This document shows positions 1-10,102 of a stretch of DNA of 64,000 bases, one piece after another. A model generated the notes under the pieces. It was not told the DNA's origin. It ran no database searches and worked only from the letters and a program-made list of their open reading frames with translations. Both the position numbers and the translations under genes were made by a program. Position 1 is the stretch's first letter, and each line of letters starts with the position of its first letter. Origin of the DNA: Clostridiales bacterium (GTDB lineage Bacteria; Bacillota; Clostridia; Oscillospirales; Acutalibacteraceae). Location of the stretch: assembly GCA_019418545.1 (NCBI GenBank), contig DYBQ01000003.1, positions 1 through 64,000 of the forward strand. Direction: 5' to 3'.

Positions 1-3000
1 CGTCGTCCAGAACTGCCTTGGCGGCGGCCACAGCGTCCTCGAAGAACTTCTTGGCGCTGTCGGTCACACCTTCGGTGCTTTGCTTCAGCGCATACTCATA
101 GGTTGCCTGCAGCAGGCTCTTGTCGGGAGCCACATACTCTTCCAGACCTGCAATCGCGGCATTCAGAGCCTCTACAGCTGCATCCACATCATCCTGCGTG
201 GCTTCTGCGTTGTCATTCACTTCGTTAGCCTTAGCCAGTGCGTCGGCAAACACTGCCCAGCTGGCCTTGGTATAGTCGGCTTCGTCATACTGAGCGGCAT
301 CGGCGATTGCTGCTGCCAGTTCAGTCTTGTCAACGGGAGGTACATAGTCTTCCAGACCTGCGATAGCGTCGTTCAGAGCCTTCACAGCTGCATCCACATC
401 TGCCTGAGTGGCTTCTGCGTCTGCGTTCACTTCGTTAGCCTTTGCCAATGCATCGGCAAACACTGCCCAGCTCTCGGCGGTATAGTCAGCTTCTTGATAC
501 TGAGCTGCATCAGCAATAGCTGCTTCCAGCTCGGTCTTATCAACAGGGGTGGGCTCGGGGTTCTTGGCCAGAACACCCATCATGCTCCACTCATAAATAC
601 GGGTGGAAGGCCACTGAGCGGAGGTATCGCCCTTAGTGACGTTCAGACGGAAGTAACGGCCGGTAACAGATTCAGTAAACTCATAGTGAGTACGGTTTTC
701 CTGGTTGTTTTCATAGGAAGCAACCGTCGTCCAGTTTGCATCATTAGTCAGGAAGCTTTCGTCTGCCAACTGCTCAGCGGTGGGATTTGCTACATTGAGA
801 ATCTGCAATTCAAAATCGCGGGTATTGCGGCCGGAGCCATCACTGAGGTTGACACCTGCGTGGGACATATTCCACTCGGTCAGGGTGTAATATGCACCAA
901 CATCAATAATCAGCTGAGACTGTACTGCGTTGCCGCCGGGGCACCACTTGGTTCCTTCGTCCTTATCAAAGGCGAATTCAGGATCTTCCTTGGAGTTGTG
1001 GTCGCTCTGCTCGGTTGCATACAGGATGGTGGGATTGACGGTGATGTCCACAGGCGTGGTAGCCTCGCCGCCGTCGCCAACGATAATGGTCAGGGTGCCA
1101 ACGGTTTCATTCTCTGCATTCTTATAGGTAACAGTATAGGTGATGTCCTCTGCCAGAGACAGAACCGTACCCTCGACGGGTTTGAAGTTCTGGTCTGCAA
1201 CGGAAACAGTAAAGGTTTCGTCGGGCTTGGCATTTACATCTACATCCTCTGCCAGGAAGGACTTGCCGTTAATCAACTGCTCCTTCAGGCCGGCATATTC
1301 GTTGCCGCGGACGGTATAGGCCTTTTCTGCATAGGACATAACGTCCACAGTGCCCTCAGCGGAAACTTCCATGTTGATAGCTTCAGTGGGCAGGAAGTAT
1401 ACGCCGGAATACACGTTGGGATGCTGGTTGTCAAACTTAACAGCCTCTGCGGGTGCGCCGTCACCCTCATAAATCATAGCCTCTACCATAGCGGGCCAAT
1501 CCAGATATCCATCGGGATGGGGCTGCCATTCGGTAACGGTAATCTTTACATAGCGGGCGGTAACTGGGGTTTCCAGCTCGGCAACAGTTTCAGACAAGGT
1601 GTCTGCGGTGTCGGCGGGAACAGTGTTCAGGGTGCTGATGGTGGTATACTCACCGTCTGCAGTGTCGGAAATAGCCAGTTCAGCGGTCTTCACACCGAAG
1701 GGACGGAAAGGTGTATCGGTGTTGGTCTTAATCCAAATGCTCCAGGAGCCGATGGTCTTCTCAGAACCCAAATCCAACGTGACAGATGCAGGTTGGTCCC
1801 GCTTATTGGTAGCGGTTTCTGCGGCGTTGGTGTCAGTGCCTGTATTGCCATCCACAAACAGCGCTGCATTTGCTACGTTTTCGGAAGCGATAATAGTAGC
1901 ACTGGGAGCCAAGTTGACTTTGTCAGCACTCTGTGTTTCAACAGTTGCAGTAGCAGCCAGAGCTGCCTCTACAAATGCGCGCTCGGGAGTTCCTTCGCTC
2001 AAATCCAGCTTGTTGTCGGAAATATCAACGGATTTAATAGCTGCATATTCGCCAGAAGCGTCCAGCTTTTCAAGACCGAGGCCTGCCAGATTAACAGTTT
2101 CCAGAGCGGTACAGCCGCTAATGTTAACTTCCTTCAGTGCTGTGCACTTGTCCAGACCGGAAATGTTGGTGAGGGAGGTGCAGCCACTGAAATCAATACC
2201 TGTCATAGCAGTCAGGCGGTCCAGACCGGTCAAATCGCTGACCTCAGTACCAGACAAATCCAGAGTGCCAGTAAACTCTTCCAGCGTATCCAGAGTCAGA
2301 CCAACTTGCTCTTTCACAGCATTCAGCAGTGCTGCGTCGGGGAATTGCTCTTCGGTAATCAGATTGGTGGGGTCAACAACCTGTCCGCCTTCAATCATCA
2401 CAACCGTAGGCTCAGACTGGTTGCCGGCAAAGTCGCCAGTAACCACGCTCAGCAAACCATCGCCGCTAATACTGAAACGCATGGTTGCAGTAAAGCGAGC
2501 TACGCCGCCACGCTTGAAGCTGGCCACTTGCTTGCCGTTAAAGGTAGCAGTCATGGTGTACCAGTCAACGGAATCCGGGTCAACCAGCCGCACAGAGCTA
2601 CCGCTGACGCGGATATCTTCTTTGGCGATAGGCTCGGAATAGCTGTCGTTAGACCAACCGCGATAGCAGATGGGTTCGCCCTTCTCGCCGTCACGAACAG
2701 CATAAATCTTCAAATCGTACTCATAGCCCTCTTCCACGGGCAGGGGAATCGTTGCAGAAGTCACATCGCCGCTGGTGGTGTGGGTGTACACCTGATTGTC
2801 GGGGTCGTCCTTGGCAATGTTGCGCAGGGTGACTTCATACTCATAGCTGTCGGGAGCACCGGTTTCGGGAGCATCAAAGGAAACATCCAGCTGACCAGGG
2901 GTTGCTGCACGAACCAACAGACCAGTAGAGGTCTTGGCTTCTTCCACCTTGACATTGCTCACCTTGTCGGTATAGGTATAGGTCAGAGTTGCGGGGTCAC

Positions 3001-5152
3001 TCTCGGTGCCGTCGGCGCCAACTGCGCGCAGCTCCAACTCGATGCTGTCGTTCTCATCGAATACAGATTTCACATACAGAATGCTGTCGTACACACCGCC
3101 CAGATAGACGCGGCTGCCGTCAGACAGGGTTCCATATACGTTGTACTGCTTCACGCTGTCATAGTCGGCCATATCCCAGCTGAGGATCATTTCGCCGGAA
3201 TCGTAAGCATAATCAACAGCAAAGCCGGTGGGGGTAGCGGGCTTGTCAGCGCCGTCGGAGATCTTCAGACCGCCCACGTTGATCTGATAGCCTTCTGCCT
3301 CGCCTGCAAATTCCAGGGTAATGGCAGCAATTTGTCTTCCAGCATACTTGGACAGATCCACATCCACAGTGGTCCAGTCACCGGCGGTTTCGGAACCGGC
3401 GATGTCCAGCTTCTCGGTGGTTTCGGGAGCGTCCTTGAAGATCAGGCCCAGCTGCATGGCAACTGCGTCATCAGAGGTCTTCTTGAAAGTAATGGAAGCT
3501 TCGGAGTTTTCGTTGACAGCCAGATCGGTCTTGTACAGATGCAGGCTGTTAGAACCGGTAATGTTGCCATAAACTACCAGAGAGGAACCGCCCTCATAGG
3601 CGCCTACCTGGGTATAGGGCATGGTAATGGGCTTGTCGTTGACATCGTGGTTGACCAGCTTGCTGCCATAGTCAAAGTCCACTTCCAGTTTCTTGTCGTC
3701 GGTGCTTTCCACCCACCACTGCCAAGTCGGCAGGATATCCTGGATGTTGATGTTGGTCCAAGCCTTGTCAGCGGAAACAGCGCCGTCCACAAAGTACTGC
3801 ATGCCGTGACCGGTGTTGAAGTTGGTGTAGAACTTGGTGCCGTCGATGACGGAACGCTCGGCAATAAAGTCAGCCACGCCGACCCAGCCGGAAGCGTTGC
3901 TTACCTGCACATCGGGACGGCTGTAACCAGCCTTCAGGCCGGTATCCGTGGGATCTTCCTTCACGCCGGAGAAGAACATTCTTTCGCGCTCGGCCACCAT
4001 CCACTGGAACTCATCCCGCTGCATGGGAGGTGTGCTCTTTCCATCGTAGAAGGGAACCTCGTCCACGCCGCGCTGATACCAGTCACTGGGGGTGAACAGA
4101 GCCACGCTGGCGCGGGGGTTGCCGGTTTCATCATACAAGTTTGCCATATTCCGGGCACTGGAGTGACCACCGCTGAACTTGTTCTGGTTGCACTCTGCGC
4201 CGAAAAAGATGCTCTCAAAGGGGTCAACGCCGATCTGCTCGGCATAGGTGATGGCACTGTCCACAGTGGATTTGCTCCAGCCATAGTTGACGAATACGGA
4301 GTTGTTGATCTGTCCGTTGACATCATCCTTCAGCCACTGGGCTTTTGCAGAGTTAAAGCTGCTGTTGGTGTCATACCACTGGGTATACAGGCCGGCTTCG
4401 GTCAGCTTGGCCATAAAGGGTTTGAATTCTTCATAATAACCTTCTTCCTGATTCAGGAAGTAACCGTCAAAACCCATATATTCGGCGATTTCGATGAGCT
4501 TGTCTGCAATAGAGAACTCACCATTTTCGTCTTTTTCAATCAGGTCAGCACAGGTCTGGCCAGGACGGAAAGCAGGGTCAAAATAGATGCAGGCGATAGA
4601 CATAACGCCGTTTTTATGAGCAGCATTGGTATAGGCCGGGTTGGGAATGTTCACAATACCAAACTCAAACCCTCTTGCCTGCCAGTCACTGGTAATGGGG
4701 TCATAAATTGCTTCGGGGGTATAGGCAGTTGCTGCGCCATGCCAGGGAGAGAAGTAGTCAGTATACTGCCAGAAATTGAGCACATGCTCGCCAAATTTGT
4801 CGGTATACATGGTGCTGTTGAAGAAGCTGTTGCCATAGTCGCCTTGCATCAGCATAACCTGTGCATCGGACTCCAGATAGGGCTTAGCCTGGGTTGCCTG
4901 AAATGCTTCATTGCGCTCCTGCAGCGGCACCTCTGCTCTCAGGAACTCTGCATAGGGGTCGGTTTCAGGGCTCCAGTTTTCGATGTCCTTCACCCGGTAG
5001 CCTGCAAAGCTGGGCTCAGCAGACGCCTTGTCGTTGGGCCAGGAGTCGGAAGCAAACGCAGTGAAGGAAGTGCTCAAAGTGGTAAACACCAGAGCAGCTG
5101 CCAAAAACGCTGCGCCGACCCGCTTGGTCCTGCTTGTTTTCTTCATTTTCAT
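1..5152 (-). CDS. Secreted multidomain GH85-family endo-beta-N-acetylglucosaminidase-like protein; C-terminus runs off the window start
   Basis: Reverse-complement reading from ATG 5152 (RBS AAAGGGG) gives MKMKKTSRTKRVGAAFLAAALVFTTLSTSFTAFA signal peptide. GFDGYFLNQEEGYYEEF motif checked in frame at 4443-4510 matches the GH85 N-x-E catalytic motif. Downstream by eye: LRR-like repeats, two discoidin-like segments, classic FIVAR repeats (DYTAESWAVFADALAKANEV), then the same C-terminal cassette as the three paralogs at nt 1-130. No minus ORF in the track only because the stop lies outside the window; the listed + ORF 80..5209 is its antisense shadow. Confidence 0.7.
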   Translation of the reverse strand, partial: MKMKKTSRTKRVGAAFLAAALVFTTLSTSFTAFASDSWPNDKASAEPSFAGYRVKDIENWSPETDPYAEFLRAEVPLQERNEAFQATQAKPYLESDAQVMLMQGDYGNSFFNSTMYTDKFGEHVLNFWQYTDYFSPWHGAATAYTPEAIYDPITSDWQARGFEFGIVNIPNPAYTNAAHKNGVMSIACIYFDPAFRPGQTCADLIEKDENGEFSIADKLIEIAEYMGFDGYFLNQEEGYYEEFKPFMAKLTEAGLYTQWYDTNSSFNSAKAQWLKDDVNGQINNSVFVNYGWSKSTVDSAITYAEQIGVDPFESIFFGAECNQNKFSGGHSSARNMANLYDETGNPRASVALFTPSDWYQRGVDEVPFYDGKSTPPMQRDEFQWMVAERERMFFSGVKEDPTDTGLKAGYSRPDVQVSNASGWVGVADFIAERSVIDGTKFYTNFNTGHGMQYFVDGAVSADKAWTNINIQDILPTWQWWVESTDDKKLEVDFDYGSKLVNHDVNDKPITMPYTQVGAYEGGSSLVVYGNITGSNSLHLYKTDLAVNENSEASITFKKTSDDAVAMQLGLIFKDAPETTEKLDIAGSETAGDWTTVDVDLSKYAGRQIAAITLEFAGEAEGYQINVGGLKISDGADKPATPTGFAVDYAYDSGEMILSWDMADYDSVKQYNVYGTLSDGSRVYLGGVYDSILYVKSVFDENDSIELELRAVGADGTESDPATLTYTYTDKVSNVKVEEAKTSTGLLVRAATPGQLDVSFDAPETGAPDSYEYEVTLRNIAKDDPDNQVYTHTTSGDVTSATIPLPVEEGYEYDLKIYAVRDGEKGEPICYRGWSNDSYSEPIAKEDIRVSGSSVRLVDPDSVDWYTMTATFNGKQVASFKRGGVARFTATMRFSISGDGLLSVVTGDFAGNQSEPTVVMIEGGQVVDPTNLITEEQFPDAALLNAVKEQVGLTLDTLEEFTGTLDLSGTEVSDLTGLDRLTAMTGIDFSGCTSLTNISGLDKCTALKEVNISGCTALETVNLAGLGLEKLDASGEYAAIKSVDISDNKLDLSEGTPERAFVEAALAATATVETQSADKVNLAPSATIIASENVANAALFVDGNTGTDTNAAETATNKRDQPASVTLDLGSEKTIGSWSIWIKTNTDTPFRPFGVKTAELAISDTADGEYTTISTLNTVPADTADTLSETVAELETPVTARYVKITVTEWQPHPDGYLDWPAMVEAMIYEGDGAPAEAVKFDNQHPNVYSGVYFLPTEAINMEVSAEGTVDVMSYAEKAYTVRGNEYAGLKEQLINGKSFLAEDVDVNAKPDETFTVSVADQNFKPVEGTVLSLAEDITYTVTYKNAENETVGTLTIIVGDGGEATTPVDITVNPTILYATEQSDHNSKEDPEFAFDKDEGTKWCPGGNAVQSQLIIDVGAYYTLTEWNMSHAGVNLSDGSGRNTRDFELQILNVANPTAEQLADESFLTNDANWTTVASYENNQENRTHYEFTESVTGRYFRLNVTKGDTSAQWPSTRIYEWSMMGVLAKNPEPTPVDKTELEAAIADAAQYQEADYTAESWAVFADALAKANEVNADAEATQADVDAAVKALNDAIAGLEDYVPPVDKTELAAAIADAAQYDEADYTKASWAVFADALAKANEVNDNAEATQDDVDAAVEALNAAIAGLEEYVAPDKSLLQATYEYALKQSTEGVTDSAKKFFEDAVAAAKAVLDD

Positions 5153-5455
5153 TTCCCCTTTCTGAATTGTCTATTTCAACATATCCGCTGTGGACAGGGA
5201 TATGAATGAGACGACTTGCACCAAAGTCTTCAACAACATTTCCAACAATAAATTCTTATAAATCTCCTGCTAACTGTCGTTGTTTATACTATATCACAGG
5301 ATTGCAATACAAAATACACAACAAACTTGAGTTTATATAATAAAAACAAAACATTTTTATATTTTCCTTTTCGATTTTTAAGAGATATCACTGTTGTAAT
5401 GACATTTGAATCTACCACCTGTTAGGTTTTTCTATCCCCAATTTGAGGTTCCCTC

Positions 5456-5484
5456 TTTCCTTCGTTTTGGGATTGTGATATACT
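5456..5484 (+). promoter_or_regulatory. Candidate sigma-A promoter with extended -10 (TGaTATACT) for the NUDIX gene
   Basis: TG-n-TATACT at 5476-5484; weak -35 TTTCCT 17 bp upstream. Confidence 0.4.
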
Positions 5485-5529
5485 TTTTATAAAATATGTC
5501 CTAAGAAATGTATGGTTGGGAGGGTCTTT

Positions 5530-6075
5530 ATGAAATTAACAGAAAAAACCTTGGAACAGGAATATCTATTTCATGGTCGGATTATTCAGGTTCGCTTGGA
5601 CAAAGCAGAATTAGAAAATGGAGCTGTCGTAAACCGAGAGGTTGTAGAGCATCCCGGCGGAGTTAGCGTTGCGGCCCTTACTGACAACAATGAATTACTT
5701 TTTGTTCGCCAATTCCGTTATCCATATGGGGAAATTATGCTGGAATTGCCTGCAGGAAAACTTGAAAAGGGAGAAGACCCTTTTGAAGCACTAAAGCGGG
5801 AACAAAAAGAAGAAACAGGGACAACCGGGAAAAATTATATTTTCATGGGAAATCTCTATCCCACCCCCGGTTACTGCAATGAGATTATCCGTCTGTGGGC
5901 CTGTCGGGTAGATGATTGGGGGGAACAGAACCCAGACGACGACGAATTTATTGAGGTTGAGAAAATCCCGCTGGAAAAAGCCGTCGAAATGGTACTGAAC
6001 AATGAAATCCCTGATGCCAAAACCCAGTTAGGGATTTTGAAAGCTGCTGCATTGGTCCAATCTGGTAAACTTTAA
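5530..6075 (+). CDS. NUDIX hydrolase (ADP-ribose pyrophosphatase-like)
   Basis: NUDIX box GKLEKGEDPFEALKREQKEETG; RBS GGGAGGG 5 nt before ATG 5530. Confidence 0.85.
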   Translation: MKLTEKTLEQEYLFHGRIIQVRLDKAELENGAVVNREVVEHPGGVSVAALTDNNELLFVRQFRYPYGEIMLELPAGKLEKGEDPFEALKREQKEETGTTGKNYIFMGNLYPTPGYCNEIIRLWACRVDDWGEQNPDDDEFIEVEKIPLEKAVEMVLNNEIPDAKTQLGILKAAALVQSGKL

Positions 6076-6093
6076 TTTTTGAATTCATATGTT

Positions 6094-6136
6094 AAAAAAA
6101 GGGGGAGGAACCACAAATCCTCCCTCTTTATTTTGA
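6094..6136 (+). terminator. Rho-independent terminator
   Basis: GGGGGAGGA...TCCTCCCTC stem followed by TTTATTTTG. Confidence 0.7.
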
Positions 6137-6159
6137 AATCAAAAATTGTTACATATTTT

Positions 6160-6189
6160 TTATATTTTGCACAGGTTTTATGGTATAAT
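6160..6189 (+). promoter_or_regulatory. Candidate promoter with extended -10 (TGgTATAAT)
   Basis: TATAAT at 6184-6189 with TG at 6181-6182; poor -35. Confidence 0.4.
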
Positions 6190-6241
6190 GAGTACAGCAT
6201 CTCTCAATATAAAGCGATTATTTGTTGGAGGACTTTAAAAG

Positions 6242-6682
6242 ATGAAACGCCATGTTTTTTTCCGTGTAATCCCCATCCTTTTTGTTATTTCCTTGCTTTT
6301 TTGCAGCTGTTCTGCAAAAAGCACTGCTACTGCAGAGCAATTTCAAAGCGCAGCAGAAGATGTTGAATATACTGTAGAAGAACAGGATGCAGGGGGCCTG
6401 GTTAGTATCCATATGGCAACCAAAAATGATACTTCTGCCATGGTATTCTATGTCTGTAATAGCGAAGAAGAGTCAAAAAGTGCCTTTACCAGTTTAAAAG
6501 CTAATTTGCCAGAGGATGTTAAACCCGACGAAGTTGATTCTTCCTACTACAGCAAATGTACTGCTGAGAATGATGAATCCTATTATTCTATCATCCGTAT
6601 GGGCAGCACCGTGCTGGCCAGTGCTGTGGAACTTTCGGAAAAAGACAATGTATTGTCCGTTGTTAAAGCTCTGGGATATTAA
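6242..6682 (+). CDS. Hypothetical secreted/lipoprotein
   Basis: Signal peptide MKRHVFFRVIPILFVISLLFCSCS with a lipobox-like Cys; GGAGG RBS. Confidence 0.6.
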   Translation: MKRHVFFRVIPILFVISLLFCSCSAKSTATAEQFQSAAEDVEYTVEEQDAGGLVSIHMATKNDTSAMVFYVCNSEEESKSAFTSLKANLPEDVKPDEVDSSYYSKCTAENDESYYSIIRMGSTVLASAVELSEKDNVLSVVKALGY

Positions 6683-6702
6683 GCAAAAAATCTGTATTCA
6701 AT

Positions 6703-6756
6703 TCAAAAAGGGCTCATCACCTGCACAAGTGACAGGTGATGAGCCCTTTTTATTTC
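6703..6756. terminator. Bidirectional rho-independent terminator
   Basis: 16-bp stem AAGGGCTCATCACCTG/CAGGTGATGAGCCCTT with T-tracts on both sides. Confidence 0.8.
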
Positions 6757-6761
6757 AATTC

Positions 6762-7328
6762 TTACACCTTTGCAAAACCCAAAAAAGCCAAAGCCAAAAT
6801 TGCCAAGTATAAGAACACCGCTGGAGTCCCTCGAAAAGCACGTGGGATACTAATATGTGTCAAACGCGGCATCATTTCTGCCAATAGCCATCCTGCTAAC
6901 CAAAAGGAAAGTCCTGTTCCCAAAGCAAATCCCACAGACTCTCCCCAACTCCATTGTGCCATACCACCAAGGAAAGGAATCGCCAGCACTACGGAATTGA
7001 TAGCTGCTGATGGCAGATATTCCGATATCTTTCGATAGATTTTTGGTGCAGCAAACGCTAAAATCAAGCACGCTGCCAAATACCACACCGCTGCCAACAC
7101 TGCCACGGTCAACGGGAACCAAAACGCCGGAAACCATGCTGCCAGCATAGGAGAAAACAACGCGGAAAGAAGGGAAAATATGCAAATCAATCCAGCATAC
7201 AGCCCTATGGCCCATCCTTTTCTCGCAGCTTTTAATACCCGGCTAAAACCTATTCCCCGGGAAAAAAGGATACTTTCAGATGTTAGCGCCGCCAGGAGTG
7301 CCAGCATCATTTTTCCAAACTCCGTCAT
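6762..7328 (-). CDS. rnfA: RnfA/NqrE-like electron transport complex membrane subunit
   Basis: Polytopic membrane protein. ATG 7328 with RBS GGAGGGAG, overlapping the upstream stop as ATGA. Position after rnfC/D/E. Confidence 0.6.
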   Translation of the reverse strand: MTEFGKMMLALLAALTSESILFSRGIGFSRVLKAARKGWAIGLYAGLICIFSLLSALFSPMLAAWFPAFWFPLTVAVLAAVWYLAACLILAFAAPKIYRKISEYLPSAAINSVVLAIPFLGGMAQWSWGESVGFALGTGLSFWLAGWLLAEMMPRLTHISIPRAFRGTPAVFLYLAILALAFLGFAKV

Positions 7329-7945
7329 GACCACTCCCTCCTCTGCTTTTGGGCTCTCCGGTTTTTCAAATATTGCCAAACTGCGCTCAAACCTGCCACA
7401 ATTCCCAAACCAATTACCACAGATGCACGCTGAAAAACTTCCTCGTTAAGGCTCATGAGGATTTCCCATATGCCGCACACTATCATCATCACCACGCCAA
7501 ACCCGACACCGCTTCCAAGAGCTACTGCAAATGCAGTGGTCAAATCTTTTTCACATGCTGTCCGCGTACCAATGGTAACCAGCATCGTATTGGTAATAAT
7601 CAAAACACCGCATAGTCCTAGATTTCCCATATCCATCGAAAAAAGCGGAAGTATAGCCCAGCCAGCAGGCAGATAGAATCCTGCTGCCACCAACAGAACA
7701 AATGGCATCCGCAGCCATGGAAACATCCGCTTTCCTAAAACATTTCCCAAAAAGCAAACTGGAATCAACAAAAAAAGCTGCAACAAAACCAGCACCCACG
7801 CCAGCTGCACCGACTGGATTCCTGTGAGTATAAGACTCAATCCCGCTCCGCCAGCCAATACTGGGTTTTGTATAAACAAACCATCCCAAAATGCGCGCCT
7901 GCGTCTTCTATGAATTCGGTTTTGCTGTTTGTTGGGATTTTCCAT
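7325..7945 (-). CDS. rnfE: RnfE/NqrD-like membrane subunit
   Basis: FWDGLFIQNPVLAGGAGLSL resembles RnfE/NqrD N-termini; strong RBS AAGGAGGGGGAG 8 nt before ATG 7945. Confidence 0.6.
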   Translation of the reverse strand: MENPNKQQNRIHRRRRRAFWDGLFIQNPVLAGGAGLSLILTGIQSVQLAWVLVLLQLFLLIPVCFLGNVLGKRMFPWLRMPFVLLVAAGFYLPAGWAILPLFSMDMGNLGLCGVLIITNTMLVTIGTRTACEKDLTTAFAVALGSGVGFGVVMMIVCGIWEILMSLNEEVFQRASVVIGLGIVAGLSAVWQYLKNRRAQKQRREWS

Positions 7946-9002
7946 ACAGCAGGCTCCCCCTCCTTCTAAAATACAAAACCACTCTGTCGAGCAAAGGGCT
8001 TACCGCGCCAATCAATAAGATTGCAAAACATCCGCCCTGTTCATAGGCGCCAAAATTTCGCAGCAGCATAATCAAAAGCCCGCCTAACACCCCATACAGA
8101 CATTTACCCACAGAAGTGCGAGGGCTGGTGCAGGGGTCGCTTGCCAAATAGCAGGCACAGAAGAGAAGGGAGCCGGACAGCAACTCATATTTTACTGAAA
8201 TTACCGCTCCTCCCAAAAGCCTTGGGAAAACAGCTGCATAAAGTGCCGCTGTTATGACAAAAAACGCTGTTGGACGCCAATCTGCACTTTTGCGGATAAT
8301 TAAAAAAATAGCTCCTGCTATAATAACAGCCGCTGCTGTAGCGCCCATGGGGCCTTCATAACGTCCCCACAGCATTTCAAAAGGCATAATTTCCGGTTGG
8401 ATTCCATTTTTCAGCAACGCTGCAGAACAAGGCTCCACTGGAAGGTTTTGTGCTGTCAGGGTCAGGGACATCCCGCTTTTCATACTATAATAGGAGAATA
8501 CCTGTTCTGGCCAAAGTACTGTTACAAAAGCTACTCCAGCTGCAGCCGGATTAAAGGGGGTTCTTCCTGTTCCACCAAAAGGCTCTTTGGCGGCCAAAAT
8601 TGCAAACAGGTCTGCTGTTATCACAATCCAAAAAGGCACATTGGCTGGCATCAACAAAGCAATTATCGCACCAGTAACCAGCGGGGAGGCATCAGTAATC
8701 CAAATTCTTCTTCCGGTTACGAGCTGGAAAAGAATATAAGCCAGCAAGCAAGTAATCATAGAAACCATGATTACCATTGCTGCCCGCCACCCATGATACA
8801 CTACCGGCAAAACAGACGTTATCAATAAGACTGCCAGCATATCCCACATCATTGCACTGGAGCTGTGCCGGGAATGCAAACCTATTCGATTATCTTCCAA
8901 AAGCTTCACACCAGTCCACCCCTCTTCCGAAGCTCCGCAGCCTGTTTCATACAAGCCGGCAAATTGATTCCAGAGGGACACACCATCTGGCACACTCCGC
9001 AT
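7908..9002 (-). CDS. rnfD: RnfD/NqrB-like membrane subunit; start uncertain (9002 or 8852)
   Basis: LASDPCTSP resembles the RnfD DPxTSP motif; MMWDMLAVLL resembles IMLLVLLA of RsxD; RBS AGAGGA before ATG 9002. Confidence 0.7.
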   Translation of the reverse strand: MRSVPDGVSLWNQFAGLYETGCGASEEGWTGVKLLEDNRIGLHSRHSSSAMMWDMLAVLLITSVLPVVYHGWRAAMVIMVSMITCLLAYILFQLVTGRRIWITDASPLVTGAIIALLMPANVPFWIVITADLFAILAAKEPFGGTGRTPFNPAAAGVAFVTVLWPEQVFSYYSMKSGMSLTLTAQNLPVEPCSAALLKNGIQPEIMPFEMLWGRYEGPMGATAAAVIIAGAIFLIIRKSADWRPTAFFVITAALYAAVFPRLLGGAVISVKYELLSGSLLFCACYLASDPCTSPRTSVGKCLYGVLGGLLIMLLRNFGAYEQGGCFAILLIGAVSPLLDRVVLYFRRRGSLLYGKSQQTAKPNS

Positions 9003-10102
9003 TGACAGCAATCCTCTACCCGCCACAACATTTTTTGCGGGATAGGCTCCTGTCCCAGAGCTTCCTGTACCAGCCATGGCTCCAGCCTCTTAGGGCAGGC
9101 TCTTTGACATTTCCCACATCCAATACAGGGAAAAACCCGGTCATCCAGTTTTTGCTCTTCTGGTTTCCAAGCTGTAAGGCACCGGCTTGCCGCCACTACA
9201 GGCGTATCTCCATCCACTACCGTGTGACCTCCAAGCTTATTTCCCATTACCGCAACGCAGGGACGGGTTCCTGCTCCGCAATATTCCAGTAAATCCTGGA
9301 TACGAGTTCCAATTGGCACCCACAAAATCTGCGGTTTTGAAACCGCATCCCCAGCTATCGTTATGGCTGTGTGAGTTTGTGGTATCCCTTCCTTCACTGC
9401 CTTTGCCAAAGCAGCGGCAGCCTGTGGCCCAATGCGGGCTGTGGATTCCTTTTCCTCCTCCTGATACAGTATCCAGGCAGGATATCTGGTTCCCAGCTCC
9501 AGAGAATATGCTGCCGGCAAATTTTCCATGGCTCTTCCCACTTCTCTGGAATTCCAGGCAATTTTTTGCTGAGAGATTCCCAAAAACTCTGCGAGAATTT
9601 TCAGGCCCAACAATACATCATCCTGATACTTCAGAAAAAAAGGGCCATCAGGATACAGCGGTTCATCTTCTAAAGCATCCACAGCAATGGAAGAAAGCGG
9701 CTGAGCTGCGGCACTCTCCATCCATTTCCATAATGTTTCTCCGCTGCACTCTTCGATAATCCCGCTATATTTTGCGATTTCAAAAATATTTTTTTCAGTA
9801 TGAGGCTTTTTCCGTTTTTCCTCTTGTTTTCCTGGCATCAGCTCCAAAACCACACACAACACTTTTCCTATTATGGGGTGTTGGATTTCCCGATACGCCT
9901 GTACTACACCGTCTTCGGGAGCAAACCCGCCTTCTTCTCCCAGAAGGTCTCCCTTTTTTACGGCAGCACCTACTGGAAACAATCCCACTCCCTTTGGGTA
10001 TAATGGGACCAGAACCTGCCCGGGACACCAGGGAGTTATTTCCTGACAAGGAACTTGTTCTCCCAGAGCCAGTCGTATTCCTCTTGGGAATAAACGCTTC
10101 AT
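8906..10102 (-). CDS. rnfC: RnfC-like subunit with two 4Fe-4S ferredoxin motifs
   Basis: CIGCGKCQRACP and CCQCGVCQMVCP; N-terminal MKRLFPRGI; RBS AGAGGGA before ATG 10102. Confidence 0.8.
   Translation of the reverse strand: MKRLFPRGIRLALGEQVPCQEITPWCPGQVLVPLYPKGVGLFPVGAAVKKGDLLGEEGGFAPEDGVVQAYREIQHPIIGKVLCVVLELMPGKQEEKRKKPHTEKNIFEIAKYSGIIEECSGETLWKWMESAAAQPLSSIAVDALEDEPLYPDGPFFLKYQDDVLLGLKILAEFLGISQQKIAWNSREVGRAMENLPAAYSLELGTRYPAWILYQEEEKESTARIGPQAAAALAKAVKEGIPQTHTAITIAGDAVSKPQILWVPIGTRIQDLLEYCGAGTRPCVAVMGNKLGGHTVVDGDTPVVAASRCLTAWKPEEQKLDDRVFPCIGCGKCQRACPKRLEPWLVQEALGQEPIPQKMLWRVEDCCQCGVCQMVCPSGINLPACMKQAAELRKRGGLV

Noticed and set aside
80-5209. 1709-aa + strand ORF in the track
   Set aside because: Low-complexity C/G/V/L-rich translation with no signal or domains. 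It is the antisense shadow of the minus-strand GH85 gene, whose own ORF is missing from the track only because its stop lies beyond position 1. Short antisense ORFs at 12710..13465 and 17010..18011 mirror it.
6079-6366. 95-aa + ORF (TTG start) between the NUDIX and lipoprotein genes
   Set aside because: It spans a terminator and a promoter and runs out of frame into the lipoprotein gene start. It is an artefact of alternative-start ORF calling.
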